A stretch of DNA of 64,000 nt, from positions 32,001-96,000 of the forward strand of contig CBDBHB010000006.1 of the NCBI GenBank assembly GCA_965205505.1. The letters run 5' to 3'. The notes under the pieces were generated by a model. It was not told the DNA's origin, did not search any database, and was given only the letters and a program-made list of their open reading frames with translations. Position 1 is the stretch's first letter. Each line of letters starts with the position of its first letter. This document shows positions 1-8,947 of this stretch, one piece after another. This DNA comes from Acidobacteriota bacterium. Lineage in GTDB: Bacteria; Acidobacteriota; UBA890; WLXD01. Position numbers and translations under genes: made by a program.

Positions 1-1176
1 CGACTTCAGCCAGCCGTTCTGGTAGTGATGATGACCGCCTATGGCAGCCGGCGTACCGCTGCGCTTGCGATTGATCGCGGAGCCTACGACTTCTTCACCA
101 AGCCGATCCAGATCGACGAGCTGCGCGTCGTCATGGGGCGCGCTCTGGAGCGACGTCGCTTGGCGCGTGAGGGCACCAAACTGCGCGCCCGGGCGGGAGG
201 TGCCAGCAGTTTCGGCAACATGATCGGCAAGTCGCGGGCTATGCGACAAGTCTTCGAGACCCTAGGAAAAGTCGTGCGGTCGGACACCACCGTCCTCGTG
301 CTCGGCGAGAGTGGAACTGGCAAGGAACTCGTGGCGGAGGCCATTCACTTCAAGAGCAAGCGGGCCGACGGCCCGTTCGTGAAGCTGAACTGCGTGGCGA
401 TCCCCCAGACGCTTCTGGAAAGTGAGCTGTTCGGTCACGAACGAGGCTCGTTCACCGGCGCACACCAGCGCAAGATCGGAAAATTCGAGCTCGCAGACCG
501 CGGCACGATCCTGCTCGACGAGATCGGCGACATGACCCTCGAGACGCAGGCCAAGATCTTGCGCGTGTTGCAGGAGCGTGAGTTCGAGCGAGTTGGTGGA
601 GTGGCGACCGTGCGGGTTGATGTCCGGGTGGTGGCAGCCACTAACCGCAATCTCGCGCTCGAAGTACGAGAGGGGCGCTTCCGGGAAGACCTCTACTTCC
701 GTCTCAACGTCGTCACCGTGAATTTGCCGCCTCTGCGCGAGCGCATACAAGACATTCCGCTGCTGACCGAACACTTCATCAACGAGTCCAACGAGGCGCA
801 CGGCAAGCACCTGGAGCGCATCTCACCGGCGGCGCTCGATGCCGTGGTCGGCTACGCCTGGCCGGGGAACGTGCGACAGCTTCGCCACGCGGTCGAGCGT
901 GCCGTGATCTGGAGCGAAGGCGACGAGTTGCGGCGACAAGACCTACCGGCAGAGGTCGTGCGTGGATCGCTTGTTGCTGAGCGTGCCGCCCGCACCGGAA
1001 CCGACGATAGTCTGCCGATCACCATGTACCGCATCGAGCGTCAGATTCTGATCGACGCACTACGAAGCTCAAGCGGCGTCCAGGCGACGGCGGCTCGACG
1101 GCTGGGCATCTCCGAGCGCTCGATGTGGCACAAGGTCAAGAAGCACGGCATCGACGTCGAGCGGCTGAAAGGCTGA
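1..1176 (+). CDS. Sigma-54-dependent response regulator (NtrC/PilR-like), 5' end outside the window
   Basis: Frame open from base 1. End of receiver domain (MMTAYG...GAYDFFTKP), Walker A GESGTGKE, ESELFGHERGSFTGA, LLDEIG, WPGNVRQL, C-terminal Fis-type HTH. Confidence 0.93.
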   Translation, partial: RLQPAVLVVMMTAYGSRRTAALAIDRGAYDFFTKPIQIDELRVVMGRALERRRLAREGTKLRARAGGASSFGNMIGKSRAMRQVFETLGKVVRSDTTVLVLGESGTGKELVAEAIHFKSKRADGPFVKLNCVAIPQTLLESELFGHERGSFTGAHQRKIGKFELADRGTILLDEIGDMTLETQAKILRVLQEREFERVGGVATVRVDVRVVAATNRNLALEVREGRFREDLYFRLNVVTVNLPPLRERIQDIPLLTEHFINESNEAHGKHLERISPAALDAVVGYAWPGNVRQLRHAVERAVIWSEGDELRRQDLPAEVVRGSLVAERAARTGTDDSLPITMYRIERQILIDALRSSSGVQATAARRLGISERSMWHKVKKHGIDVERLKG

Positions 1177-1331
1177 GTCGGCGGCCCTGCCGCGCGCCCG
1201 CTTTCGGGGCGACTCTCACCCACTTACACAAGCGGTCGAAGCGCCCCCTGGCCGTTGTGGGCCATGCTTGTCCGCGAGAGTACCCGCCTGTCTGGTGGCG
1301 TCCCCACCTGGCATCGACGATCCCCCCGTAG

Positions 1332-1351
1332 CGTGTAGGAGTTTCTACACG
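1332..1351. promoter_or_regulatory. Palindromic enhancer-like site (TGT-N10-ACA), candidate bEBP upstream activating sequence
   Basis: CGTGTAG-gagttt-CTACACG inverted repeat about 240 bp upstream of a sigma-54 promoter; another TGTAGG half-site at 1355-1360. Confidence 0.65.
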
Positions 1352-1380
1352 TTTTGTAGGTAAGACGATAACGCTTGTGA

Positions 1381-1393
1381 TATCAGTGAGTTA
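1381..1393 (+). promoter_or_regulatory. IHF-like binding site
   Basis: TATCAGTGAGTTA matches WATCARNNNNTTR and lies between the putative UAS and the sigma-54 promoter. Confidence 0.5.
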
Positions 1394-1588
1394 CGGTGCA
1401 AAGATCAGTTTCGATCGGCGTAATGCACGGGCGGACGGGGGAGACGCTACCAGCACCTGGGTGGCCCAAGCTGGCCGGACAGAGGCTTGTAGTCGGTCGG
1501 GAAGTATTCGATAACCCCTTTTGTTGTAGTGACTTATGGTGGCGAAGCGTACTGCGTCCAGTCGCCTCGCGGGGCACGCGCCCGAGTT

Positions 1589-1604
1589 TGGCACGGCGGT
1601 TGCT
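1589..1604 (+). promoter_or_regulatory. Sigma-54 (-24/-12) promoter
   Basis: TGGCACGGCGGTTGCT is an exact match to TGGCACG-N4-TTGCW, upstream of the HTH/pilin array and just downstream of a bEBP gene. Confidence 0.85.
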
Positions 1605-1670
1605 TACTCCTCGGGTGTCGAGCTCGGCTCGGCGCCTACCCGAACCCCGCCAACATGGGAGTACGCAATC

Positions 1671-1889
1671 GTGCAGAAGCTGTACACCACCGAGACGCTC
1701 GCAGAGCTGCTCCAGGTCTCGCCGCGGACGATCCGTCGCGAGCGCAAGGAGGGCCGACTGCCGTTTGTCCGCGTTCGCGGCCAGATCCGCTATCGCGAAA
1801 GCGATGTGCGCTCATATCTCGAGCGCAACGCCAGTATGTCGCTGGACACGGATACGTTTGCTTCGCAGGCCAACTGGGGCGAGCGCTAG
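1671..1889 (+). CDS. Small excisionase/BldC-like HTH (HTH_17-type) DNA-binding protein 1
   Basis: GTG start after GGGAG; LYTTETLAELLQVSPRTIRRERKEGRLPFVRVRGQIRYRESDV is the typical winged-HTH pattern. Confidence 0.85.
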   Translation: MQKLYTTETLAELLQVSPRTIRRERKEGRLPFVRVRGQIRYRESDVRSYLERNASMSLDTDTFASQANWGER

Positions 1890-1963
1890 GTCCTAACAGG
1901 ATCTGTACTCGCACCGCAGTTGACCGAAACCCCGCAAGGGCGGGGAAAACACGGAGGCAATTA

Positions 1964-2182
1964 ATGCTGGGTCTTCACACGACAGAGTCTCTGGCCGAGT
2001 ACTTGCAGGTTTCGCCCCATACCGTGCGACGAGAGCGTGAGGCCGGCCGGCTACCGTACATTCGCATCCGCGATCTCGTCCGGTACCGCCCGGAGGACGT
2101 GGAGTCGTACTTGCAGAGTCAGTCGCAGGATCGCTACGACGCGACGCCGCCGTTCGGAGAGCGTGTCGCGGCGATTCGCTGA
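1964..2182 (+). CDS. Small excisionase/BldC-like HTH protein 2
   Basis: ATG after GGAGG; HTTESLAEYLQVSPHTVRREREAGRLPYIRIRDLVRYRPEDV. Confidence 0.85.
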   Translation: MLGLHTTESLAEYLQVSPHTVRREREAGRLPYIRIRDLVRYRPEDVESYLQSQSQDRYDATPPFGERVAAIR

Positions 2183-2250
2183 AGATGGCCTGCGTTCTGA
2201 GTCGAGGTGTGGGCGCCGGAAAGCCCCTGCCCTCGCCAAGGGAGAATTCC

Positions 2251-2865
2251 TTGAGCCGTAACGATGGCATGACAATGATCGAGATCACGGTGATTCTCGC
2301 CGTGCTCGGCCTACTGGTGGGGCTGGTTGCTACCGCAGCCGGAGACCTGCTGGAACAATCGCATGCCGTTCGAACCGGAGAGGAAGTTGACCGTATCGGG
2401 CGCGCGATCGTGGAGTTCTATGCCGACACCGGCTACTTCCCGCGCACCAACGATACGTTTGACGGACGGCCCGGCGATCAAGAGATCGGCGCGCTCATCA
2501 GCGCCGCTCAGCTGCCGCGAAGCACCGCCTCGACAGGACTCTGGGTCGAGTCAGACCTTGGACTTCTGGCGGAGCATCTTACCTACAACGGCAAGGGCTA
2601 CCGCGTTCGCAACCCGATTGACAACCGCGGCTGGGCCGGACCCTACCTGCCTCAGGCAGTGGGCGAGGACGGCTGGGCGCACGCCTACATCGTCAACGTT
2701 TTCTGGCTGGATGTCAGAAACGTCGTCGAGGAGGCCGATGGCACACGCCTCGGCGCCGTATGGGTGTTGTCGGCTGGGCCGAACGGGATCATCGAAACCC
2801 CCTATTACCAGCCGCGTGACAATGCTCGGCTCTACGGGGACGACATCGGTTTCCGACTGCAATGA
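2251..2865 (+). CDS. Type IV pilin-like / GspG-like protein 1
   Basis: Probable TTG start after AGGGAGA; class III signal G|MTMIE plus hydrophobic helix; C-terminal WAGPYL...DGWAHAY...VLSAGPNG...GDD. Confidence 0.85.
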   Translation: MSRNDGMTMIEITVILAVLGLLVGLVATAAGDLLEQSHAVRTGEEVDRIGRAIVEFYADTGYFPRTNDTFDGRPGDQEIGALISAAQLPRSTASTGLWVESDLGLLAEHLTYNGKGYRVRNPIDNRGWAGPYLPQAVGEDGWAHAYIVNVFWLDVRNVVEEADGTRLGAVWVLSAGPNGIIETPYYQPRDNARLYGDDIGFRLQ

Positions 2866-3719
2866 GAAGCATGGACAAGATCCGAAATAGCCGCGGCTTC
2901 ACGCTTGTGGAGGTATCGATCATCCTCATGGTCGTCGTTGTTCTGTCGGCCGCCATCGCACCGGTGCTCAGCAGCGTCGTCGCCAACGCGAGGCTGACCA
3001 CGGCGCGAGCCGAGATGATCGTCATCGGCCGGGCGCTGCAGCAGTTCATCGAAGATATTGGCTGCGTCTTTGTGCCGCAGAACGAAGCCTATCAGTCCAC
3101 CTCGAGTTCGGTGGGCGCGAAGCGCACCAGCGGGCGTAGCCGAAGCGCGGCCAGCAATGTCGTCATTGCGCCGGCTTCGACGACGCCGGCTCTACCGCCC
3201 GGCGGCGGCAGGTTGGAGGGCGGTTTCGTCGACACGAAAGCGCTGGGCACAGGATGCGGCAACCCTGACCTGTGCTACGGCGACGCCGTCGAGATTCTAG
3301 TTACCGCCGGCGACATCCCGGCCTTGGGCCCCGAAGGCGGAGAGCGCTGGGCAGAGCCGGTCGACGGTACGTGGGTGGACTTCTTCGAGTACTACCTGAT
3401 CTCCAACACACCCGGAAACGATCCCGGCCGCGCATTCGCGAGCCTGGCCGAGTGTGGCGATCCGGTAGCCAACACGCTCTCGCAGTTGCATGCCTGGGGC
3501 GGCGCCTACCTGAACATCGGTCACGGCGACCCGTGGGGCAACCGCTACGCCGCCAACGTTTATTTCCTGAGCCAGACGGACGGCATTGATGTGGTGGTGT
3601 TGTCGGCGGGACCGGATCAGGAAATCGATTCGAGATTCGAAATGGACGGGTTCGTACCCGGGGACGACGACATCGCGGTGTTGTTCTCGACTGGGCCCGA
3701 CAGCGTGCCGGGACGATGA
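2862..3719 (+). CDS. Type IV pilin-like / GspG-like protein 2
   Basis: RG|FTLVEV prepilin motif; WGGAYL...DPWGNRY...VLSAGPD...GDDD. Confidence 0.9.
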   Translation: MRSMDKIRNSRGFTLVEVSIILMVVVVLSAAIAPVLSSVVANARLTTARAEMIVIGRALQQFIEDIGCVFVPQNEAYQSTSSSVGAKRTSGRSRSAASNVVIAPASTTPALPPGGGRLEGGFVDTKALGTGCGNPDLCYGDAVEILVTAGDIPALGPEGGERWAEPVDGTWVDFFEYYLISNTPGNDPGRAFASLAECGDPVANTLSQLHAWGGAYLNIGHGDPWGNRYAANVYFLSQTDGIDVVVLSAGPDQEIDSRFEMDGFVPGDDDIAVLFSTGPDSVPGR

Positions 3720-3763
3720 CGATGCGTCGAGCCGGCCACGCCCGCAACCGCAGGGAGAAAGCG

Positions 3764-4618
3764 ATGACGAAACTGGGCCAGGGACGGCACCAGAATCACG
3801 TCGGTGAGCGCGGATTCACTCTGGTCGAGGTGTCGATCATCGTGATGGCCCTCGCGATCTTGTCGGCCATTCTGCTGCCGCAGGTTGGTGTTTTCTTGCG
3901 CGACGCGCGCTTCGCCCGCGTCCGCGAGGACGTTGCCGTGATCGGCGCTGCCATGATGCACATGCTGAAAGACACCGGCGAGAGCTCGTTCCACTCCAAA
4001 CCCATGGGTGGCTCCAGCTGGCGCTCGCCCGAGCGCTACTCCGAGGGCGGTGACGCTCCGCCGATTGGCCTGCTCATCGGCGATGGCGACACGCCGGATG
4101 GTCGTAGCGAGTTCTACGAGTGGCGGGAGCCGCTGGGCTCGACGGTGGGCGACGCCGGCACCGACCTTCCCAACGTGTGGTTGAGCGGCGGAATTGTCGA
4201 CACCTTTGCCAATCACCTGATCCAGAACTACCCGGGCGACCTTGCCGACGGCGGTACTGGCCCCGACTGGAAGCGGTATCGGACCCCCGCCGACATGGTC
4301 TCGGGCGATCACAGCTCGGGTGTACCTGGCGGATTGCACTTTGACGGCAGCAGTGGCCAGGGCTTCAACTCGGAGTTCGCCTGGCGCGGCCCCTATCTCG
4401 ACGCCGCGCGTCCGGATCCGTGGGGCAATCGCTACATGGCCAACGTCGCTTGGCTGACGGTGCCTCAGGGTGGCGACTCGGTCGGCTTTATCCGGCCAGT
4501 GTTCGTGATCTCGGCGGGTCCAGACGAAGAGCTCGATACGCCGTTCGGTTCCGTCGGCGGCTTCGTGCTCGGCGACGACGACATCGCCTTCCCGGTTTCC
4601 TACGGTTCCTTGCGCTGA
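3764..4618 (+). CDS. Type IV pilin-like / GspG-like protein 3
   Basis: ATG after AGGGAG (alternative start 3716); RG|FTLVEV; WRGPYL...DPWGNRY...ISAGPD...GDDD. Confidence 0.9.
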   Translation: MTKLGQGRHQNHVGERGFTLVEVSIIVMALAILSAILLPQVGVFLRDARFARVREDVAVIGAAMMHMLKDTGESSFHSKPMGGSSWRSPERYSEGGDAPPIGLLIGDGDTPDGRSEFYEWREPLGSTVGDAGTDLPNVWLSGGIVDTFANHLIQNYPGDLADGGTGPDWKRYRTPADMVSGDHSSGVPGGLHFDGSSGQGFNSEFAWRGPYLDAARPDPWGNRYMANVAWLTVPQGGDSVGFIRPVFVISAGPDEELDTPFGSVGGFVLGDDDIAFPVSYGSLR

Positions 4619-4628
4619 AGAGACTTCG

Positions 4629-5432
4629 ATGACCCGCACTCACCTCACGACGACGCGCACCGCACGGATGGGATTACTCCCGGCGAGCGCCAGCGGCTTC
4701 ACCTTGGTGGAGGTCACGATCATCCTCATAGTGCTGACCGTGCTGAGCCTCATCCTCCTTCCTGGGATCGGGAACTACCTGCGGGACGCGCGCCTGGCGC
4801 GTGCTCGGCAAGATATCGGCACGATCCAGGAGGCTATTCTGGTGTTCATGCGTGATACCGGAGAGGGTGTCTTCCGCCGTCTCGGCAAGGCCAACAGGGA
4901 TACGTCCTCCGGAGAGGACTACGAGCCCTCGAACCCCGACCCGTTCTTCACGGTGGGAATGCTGGTCAACGACGGTGACACTCCTGACGAGGGCAACGGC
5001 GACGACCTCTGGCTCTGGCGACGCCCGTACGATGGGCACGTGGTCGACACTCTTGCCAACCATCTCGTGCAGAACACGCCGGGCAACGAGCCGTCGGCGA
5101 GCTACCGGACTCCCGAGCACATGATCGCCGATGTGCCCTCCCGGAACGCTCCGTTTGCCAACCAGCAAGGGTTTGGCGCGCACTTTGCTTGGCGCGGCCC
5201 CTACGTGTCGGCGCCGGTGCGATCCGATCCCTGGGGAAATCGTTATGCGGTGAACGTTCTGTACCTGGATCCAATCGCCGACAGCGCCACCGAGGACAAC
5301 GCCGGCTACCGCTTCGATATCTTCGTGATGTCTGCGGGCCCGGACGAGCAGGTCGATACGCCGTTCGAGATCGACGGCGTGGTAGCTGGCGACGACGACT
5401 TAATCCGCGTGGTGTCCGGGGGCAGCCGATGA
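4629..5432 (+). CDS. Type IV pilin-like / GspG-like protein 4
   Basis: SG|FTLVEV; WRGPYV...DPWGNRY...MSAGPD...GDDD. Confidence 0.9.
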   Translation: MTRTHLTTTRTARMGLLPASASGFTLVEVTIILIVLTVLSLILLPGIGNYLRDARLARARQDIGTIQEAILVFMRDTGEGVFRRLGKANRDTSSGEDYEPSNPDPFFTVGMLVNDGDTPDEGNGDDLWLWRRPYDGHVVDTLANHLVQNTPGNEPSASYRTPEHMIADVPSRNAPFANQQGFGAHFAWRGPYVSAPVRSDPWGNRYAVNVLYLDPIADSATEDNAGYRFDIFVMSAGPDEQVDTPFEIDGVVAGDDDLIRVVSGGSR

Positions 5433-6109
5433 ACCCAGTGCTGGAAGCCGATGGCGGCCACGCGCGGGCTCGCGGTGCGCGCGGTTTCACGCTGCTGGAG
5501 ATCACCATCATCCTGGCGGTGATCGCCATTCTCGGTCTGATCCTTGCTCCGTCGGTCTTCAATTTCTTGAACCAATCGCGGCTCGCACGAGCGCAAAATG
5601 ACGTGCGAATCCTGGCCGACTCGGTCTTCGAGTTCTTTCGGGACAGCGGATTTCACGCCCAGTTCGGCGACGGCCAGCGGCAGAGCCACATCGCCCTGCT
5701 GGTCTCGCCCGGCGCCGTTGGCGAGGCGCGTCCCGGTGCAGAACCGTGGCTGAATACAGACCCCACCATGGTCGATTTCATCTCCAACCAGTTGGTCAAT
5801 AATCGGCCCTCGTCAGGGGACATCGGCTATCCGTTGAAGACGGCACTCAGCGGCTCGGGTTGGAACGGCCCCTACCTCAACGCGCACATGCAGAGCGATC
5901 CATGGGGCAACCGCTACGCCATCAACGTGGAGTACCTGTCGGTGAACCCCGGTGCCTTCGAGGCCGGCGGCGTGCAGCAGAAGCGGGCCGTATGGGCTCT
6001 GTCGGCAGGCCCTGATGGTGTCTTCGACACCCTGTACCCGTCGGCCGACGCGCAGCTGCTCGGCAACGCCGCTGCCAGCCCCCTCGACATCAGCGCCCGG
6101 ATCCAATGA
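5429..6109 (+). CDS. Type IV pilin-like / GspG-like protein 5
   Basis: ATGA overlap with the previous stop; RG|FTLLEI; WNGPYL...DPWGNRY...LSAGPDG. Confidence 0.9.
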   Translation: MNPVLEADGGHARARGARGFTLLEITIILAVIAILGLILAPSVFNFLNQSRLARAQNDVRILADSVFEFFRDSGFHAQFGDGQRQSHIALLVSPGAVGEARPGAEPWLNTDPTMVDFISNQLVNNRPSSGDIGYPLKTALSGSGWNGPYLNAHMQSDPWGNRYAINVEYLSVNPGAFEAGGVQQKRAVWALSAGPDGVFDTLYPSADAQLLGNAAASPLDISARIQ

Positions 6110-6237
6110 GGCGAGCTTCGCTCACCATACTGCAACCTAGCCAGCGCGATCGACGCCTCCAGGACCACCGCTATCGATCTTCTGATCGGAACGCGCGTTT
6201 TCGCCGGACATGGCGGGCCACCGCGCAGCGGCGCCGT

Positions 6238-6266
6238 TTGCGTACATTGTTAACGAACGGTAGGGT
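6238..6266 (+). promoter_or_regulatory. Putative sigma-70-type promoter for HTH gene 3
   Basis: TTGCGT-N17-TAGGGT upstream of the 6294 ORF. Confidence 0.4.
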
Positions 6267-6293
6267 CGAGTCCAACGTACAGAGATCGAGCGA

Positions 6294-6551
6294 ATGAGCC
6301 CAACAATAGGGTCGACGCAGATGGCGGATACAACCCTCTTCACCACCTTCTCACTGGCCGAGTACTTGCAGGTCAGCGCGAGGACGGTGCAGCGCGAGGT
6401 GGCTCGCGGCCGTCTCCCGTTCGTCATGGTCGGAGGACGCCGGCGCTATCGAAAGGCCGACGTCGAGTCCTACTTGCGCTCCCGCCTGCAGCGCTCGCGC
6501 TTCCGTGTGATTCAAGGCGGCCGAAGCCGGCACGCCTCCTCCTCGCTCTGA
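6294..6551 (+). CDS. Small excisionase/BldC-like HTH protein 3
   Basis: FTTFSLAEYLQVSARTVQREVARGRLPFVMVGGRRRYRKADV; start may be ATG 6321. Confidence 0.85.
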   Translation: MSPTIGSTQMADTTLFTTFSLAEYLQVSARTVQREVARGRLPFVMVGGRRRYRKADVESYLRSRLQRSRFRVIQGGRSRHASSSL

Positions 6552-6770
6552 GGCGCGCGGCGGTCGGCGGCTCGCAGCCGGCCACCGCTACGAACGTTCG
6601 GCGGTGTCTGATGCTTTCCCGCGCGTCCCTTTGCTACCCGTCTTTGCGGTTCCGTCAGAGGTCGGTGGACCTCTGTGGCCAAGGCCGGACTCTATCTGTT
6701 GCGCGTACGCAGCGCTCGCTTCATGCTCTCCACCAAACAAGGCAAGTCCCTGAACCCCCGGTTGTGAGCA

Positions 6771-7031
6771 ATGAAGCGGCAGCGCCTCGAGACCGTCGAA
6801 ACTTTGGCAGAACGCTTCGGCCTGCCCCGCCGAACCATCGAGCGTGAGGTCAAACGTTGTCGGCTTCCCTACGTCAGCGTTGCGGGCAACTGGCGCTTTC
6901 GCGAACGCGACATCGAGCTCTGGCTGCAACGTGCGGGCGGATTGCCTAGGCTGCAGCTGATGCGGGGAGGGCTTCCGGACCGTCTTCCCGTCGTACCGTG
7001 GACAACGGAAGCCGAGAGCGGCAGTAGCTGA
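6771..7031 (+). CDS. Small excisionase/BldC-like HTH protein 4
   Basis: ETVETLAERFGLPRRTIEREVKRCRLPYVSVAGNWRFRERDIELWL. Confidence 0.82.
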   Translation: MKRQRLETVETLAERFGLPRRTIEREVKRCRLPYVSVAGNWRFRERDIELWLQRAGGLPRLQLMRGGLPDRLPVVPWTTEAESGSS

Positions 7032-7142
7032 ATCGACCGGACAGGAGCGGCCAACACCGGCCACGCGTCGTTGAGCTCCTGCGGTGGCCCGCATACGCTC
7101 CACCCAATTGTTAACCAAGCCTGGACCAGTTGGGGATCTCAC

Positions 7143-7358
7143 GTGGAAAGCAGCATTCGCGTCGAGACGGTTGCGACCCTGGCCTTGCGCCTCGAGATGA
7201 CTCGCGACGCCGTGGTGCGCGAGGTCGTCGAGGGCCGACTGCCGTACGTTAGCGTTGGTGGCCACTGGCGGTTCCGCGAAATGGACATCGCGCACTGGCA
7301 GAAGAACTATGGTGGCGACGCCGGTCTCAAGCTCGTAGGCGAACGCGATTCCGGTTGA
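7143..7358 (+). CDS. Small excisionase/BldC-like HTH protein 5
   Basis: Probable GTG start; ETVATLALRLEMTRDAVVREVVEGRLPYVSVGGHWRFREMDIAHW, clear paralogue of HTH 4. Confidence 0.78.
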   Translation: MESSIRVETVATLALRLEMTRDAVVREVVEGRLPYVSVGGHWRFREMDIAHWQKNYGGDAGLKLVGERDSG

Positions 7359-7759
7359 CGTTCGTCAAAAGTGTCGGCAACCATGCGCGCCCGCCGACGC
7401 ACCGGGGCCCGATTATGGCCGCCGATGTCCTGATTTGCGAATGGTGGGCGGCGCTGGCGATCTACCGCCAGGCTGTGGCTCGCAGGCGCGCGTTGAGCCG
7501 CCGGCCGGCAAGCTCTGGCATAGGCTGGCTGCTGCTGCCAGGGTCGACGCCGCCAGGGCACGACCGGCGGGCCAAACGCGGCCGCTGGGCGCGAATGGGT
7601 TTGGCCAAGCGCTCCTGTTGACTCTACACTGGGACCACGTAAACGACGTGGCTCATGTCGCCAGCTCTCGGCATACCGGCGCACAACGCGTTCGCCCGGT
7701 AGGTGGCGCCCGGCGCTTGCAAGAGACAGACGACGTGGCCCTTAACGAGGCCCAAGCCG

Positions 7760-8527
7760 ATGGTTTCACCCAAGGTCGCGCGCCGACGATTCTCACCAGA
7801 GAACCCATCCGAGCGGGGGTTTACCCTCGTCGAGGTCACCATCATTCTGCTTGTCCTGGTGATCTTGAGCACGATCATGCTGCCGCAGATCGGCGGCTTT
7901 AACCGGCGCGCCCGATTCGTCCGCGTCAAGGAGGATCTCGGCGCCATATGCTCACTGATCAAGGCGATGCTCGACGACGTCGGAGAAGGCGCCGTCTCCG
8001 AGGAGGCTGGCTACGATCACCCCCCGATCCGAACCTGGGCCACCGGCCTGTTGATCGGCGAGGGGGACAAGCCGAGCGGCCCGGACGGCGACTCGGACGG
8101 TCGATCCAAATGGCGGCTCGACTTCTTTGACATGTTCGACGTCGAGACCGCCACCGGCAAGGAGATCTCGTTTCAGGTCGATAGGCTCGGCAACCACCTG
8201 ATCTCCAACACACCGATGGATGATGCGGGCAACCGCTAGCGTACCCCCAACGACATGGAGCAGGGGTTCAGCAGCCTGTTCGCCTGGCGCGGCCCCTACA
8301 TGAACGACCAAATCTCCCCCGACCCGTGGGGCAACCGCTACGCAGTGAACGTGTTTGCCCTCTACAGCCCACCCCGGGTGGGGCCGCTCGATCGGTTCAG
8401 CTCCGCCGTGGTGTGCTTCAGTGCCGGGCCCGATGGCAACGTGGATACGGACTTCAACCAACCTTTTGGCTGGACCACCGGCGACGACGATCTCACCGCG
8501 CTGCTACAGGCCGGCGGACCGATGTAG
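7760..8527 (+). pseudogene. Pilin-like / GspG-like gene 6 interrupted by in-frame TAG at 8237-8239
   Basis: ORFs 7703..8239 and 8255..8527 share a frame. RG|FTLVEV N-terminus and WRGPY/DPWGNRY/SAGPD/GDDD C-terminus are both present. NR*RTPNDM aligns with paralogues KRYRTPADM and ASYRTPEHM. Confidence 0.8.
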
Positions 8528-8681
8528 CTTCGTGGCTTCAGGACCGGGCCATCGGAGGATCGATCGCCAGACCGCGCGACCATCAGCGTCGATCTTCCTG
8601 AATGAGGGCGAGGTGCTCAGGCGCCTCGCCCTTCGCTCGTCCGAGGTCGGAAACTCGACCCCTCGACAGCAGAGCAGGCTC

Positions 8682-8727
8682 CACCCGTTGGGTTGGCAAC
8701 GCTGGTAACGACGACTGGACGCGCCTG
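8682..8727 (+). pseudogene. Degraded remnant of a pilin-like gene C-terminus
   Basis: Removing one base at 8700 gives HPLGWQAGNDDWTRL, in register with QPFGWTTGDDDLTAL and QPWGWYTGGDDQTAV of neighbouring paralogues. Confidence 0.5.
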
Positions 8728-8947
8728 ACCTCTACAGCTAGGTCGGGAGCCCGGTCGCATAGCTCCGGCTGCCACTGGCTGCGGCTGCCACGGGTGTACA
8801 CGAAAACGCAGTTCGCAGGCGACAACAGCGGCCAGTAGTGAGACGGGCAGGTTGGGGGTGACTCCGTCGATTCCCTACGATTCCCTTACGACACGTGCTC
8901 GGGCGCCGTCTCCCCCGACGCACCGCATTACAGGGAGGCCCAAAACA

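Noticed and set aside
1671-7358. Prophage or ICE suggested by the excisionase-like genes
   Set aside because: No integrase, phage structural gene, tRNA or att repeat is recognisable in the window
7355-7621. 88-aa ORF after HTH 5
   Set aside because: Arg/Ala/Pro-rich with no recognisable motif; cannot be supported as a gene
7705-7721. TGGCGCCCGGCGCTTGCA as a sigma-54 promoter for pilin 6
   Set aside because: GG-to-GC spacing is 2 nt too long for a -24/-12 promoter
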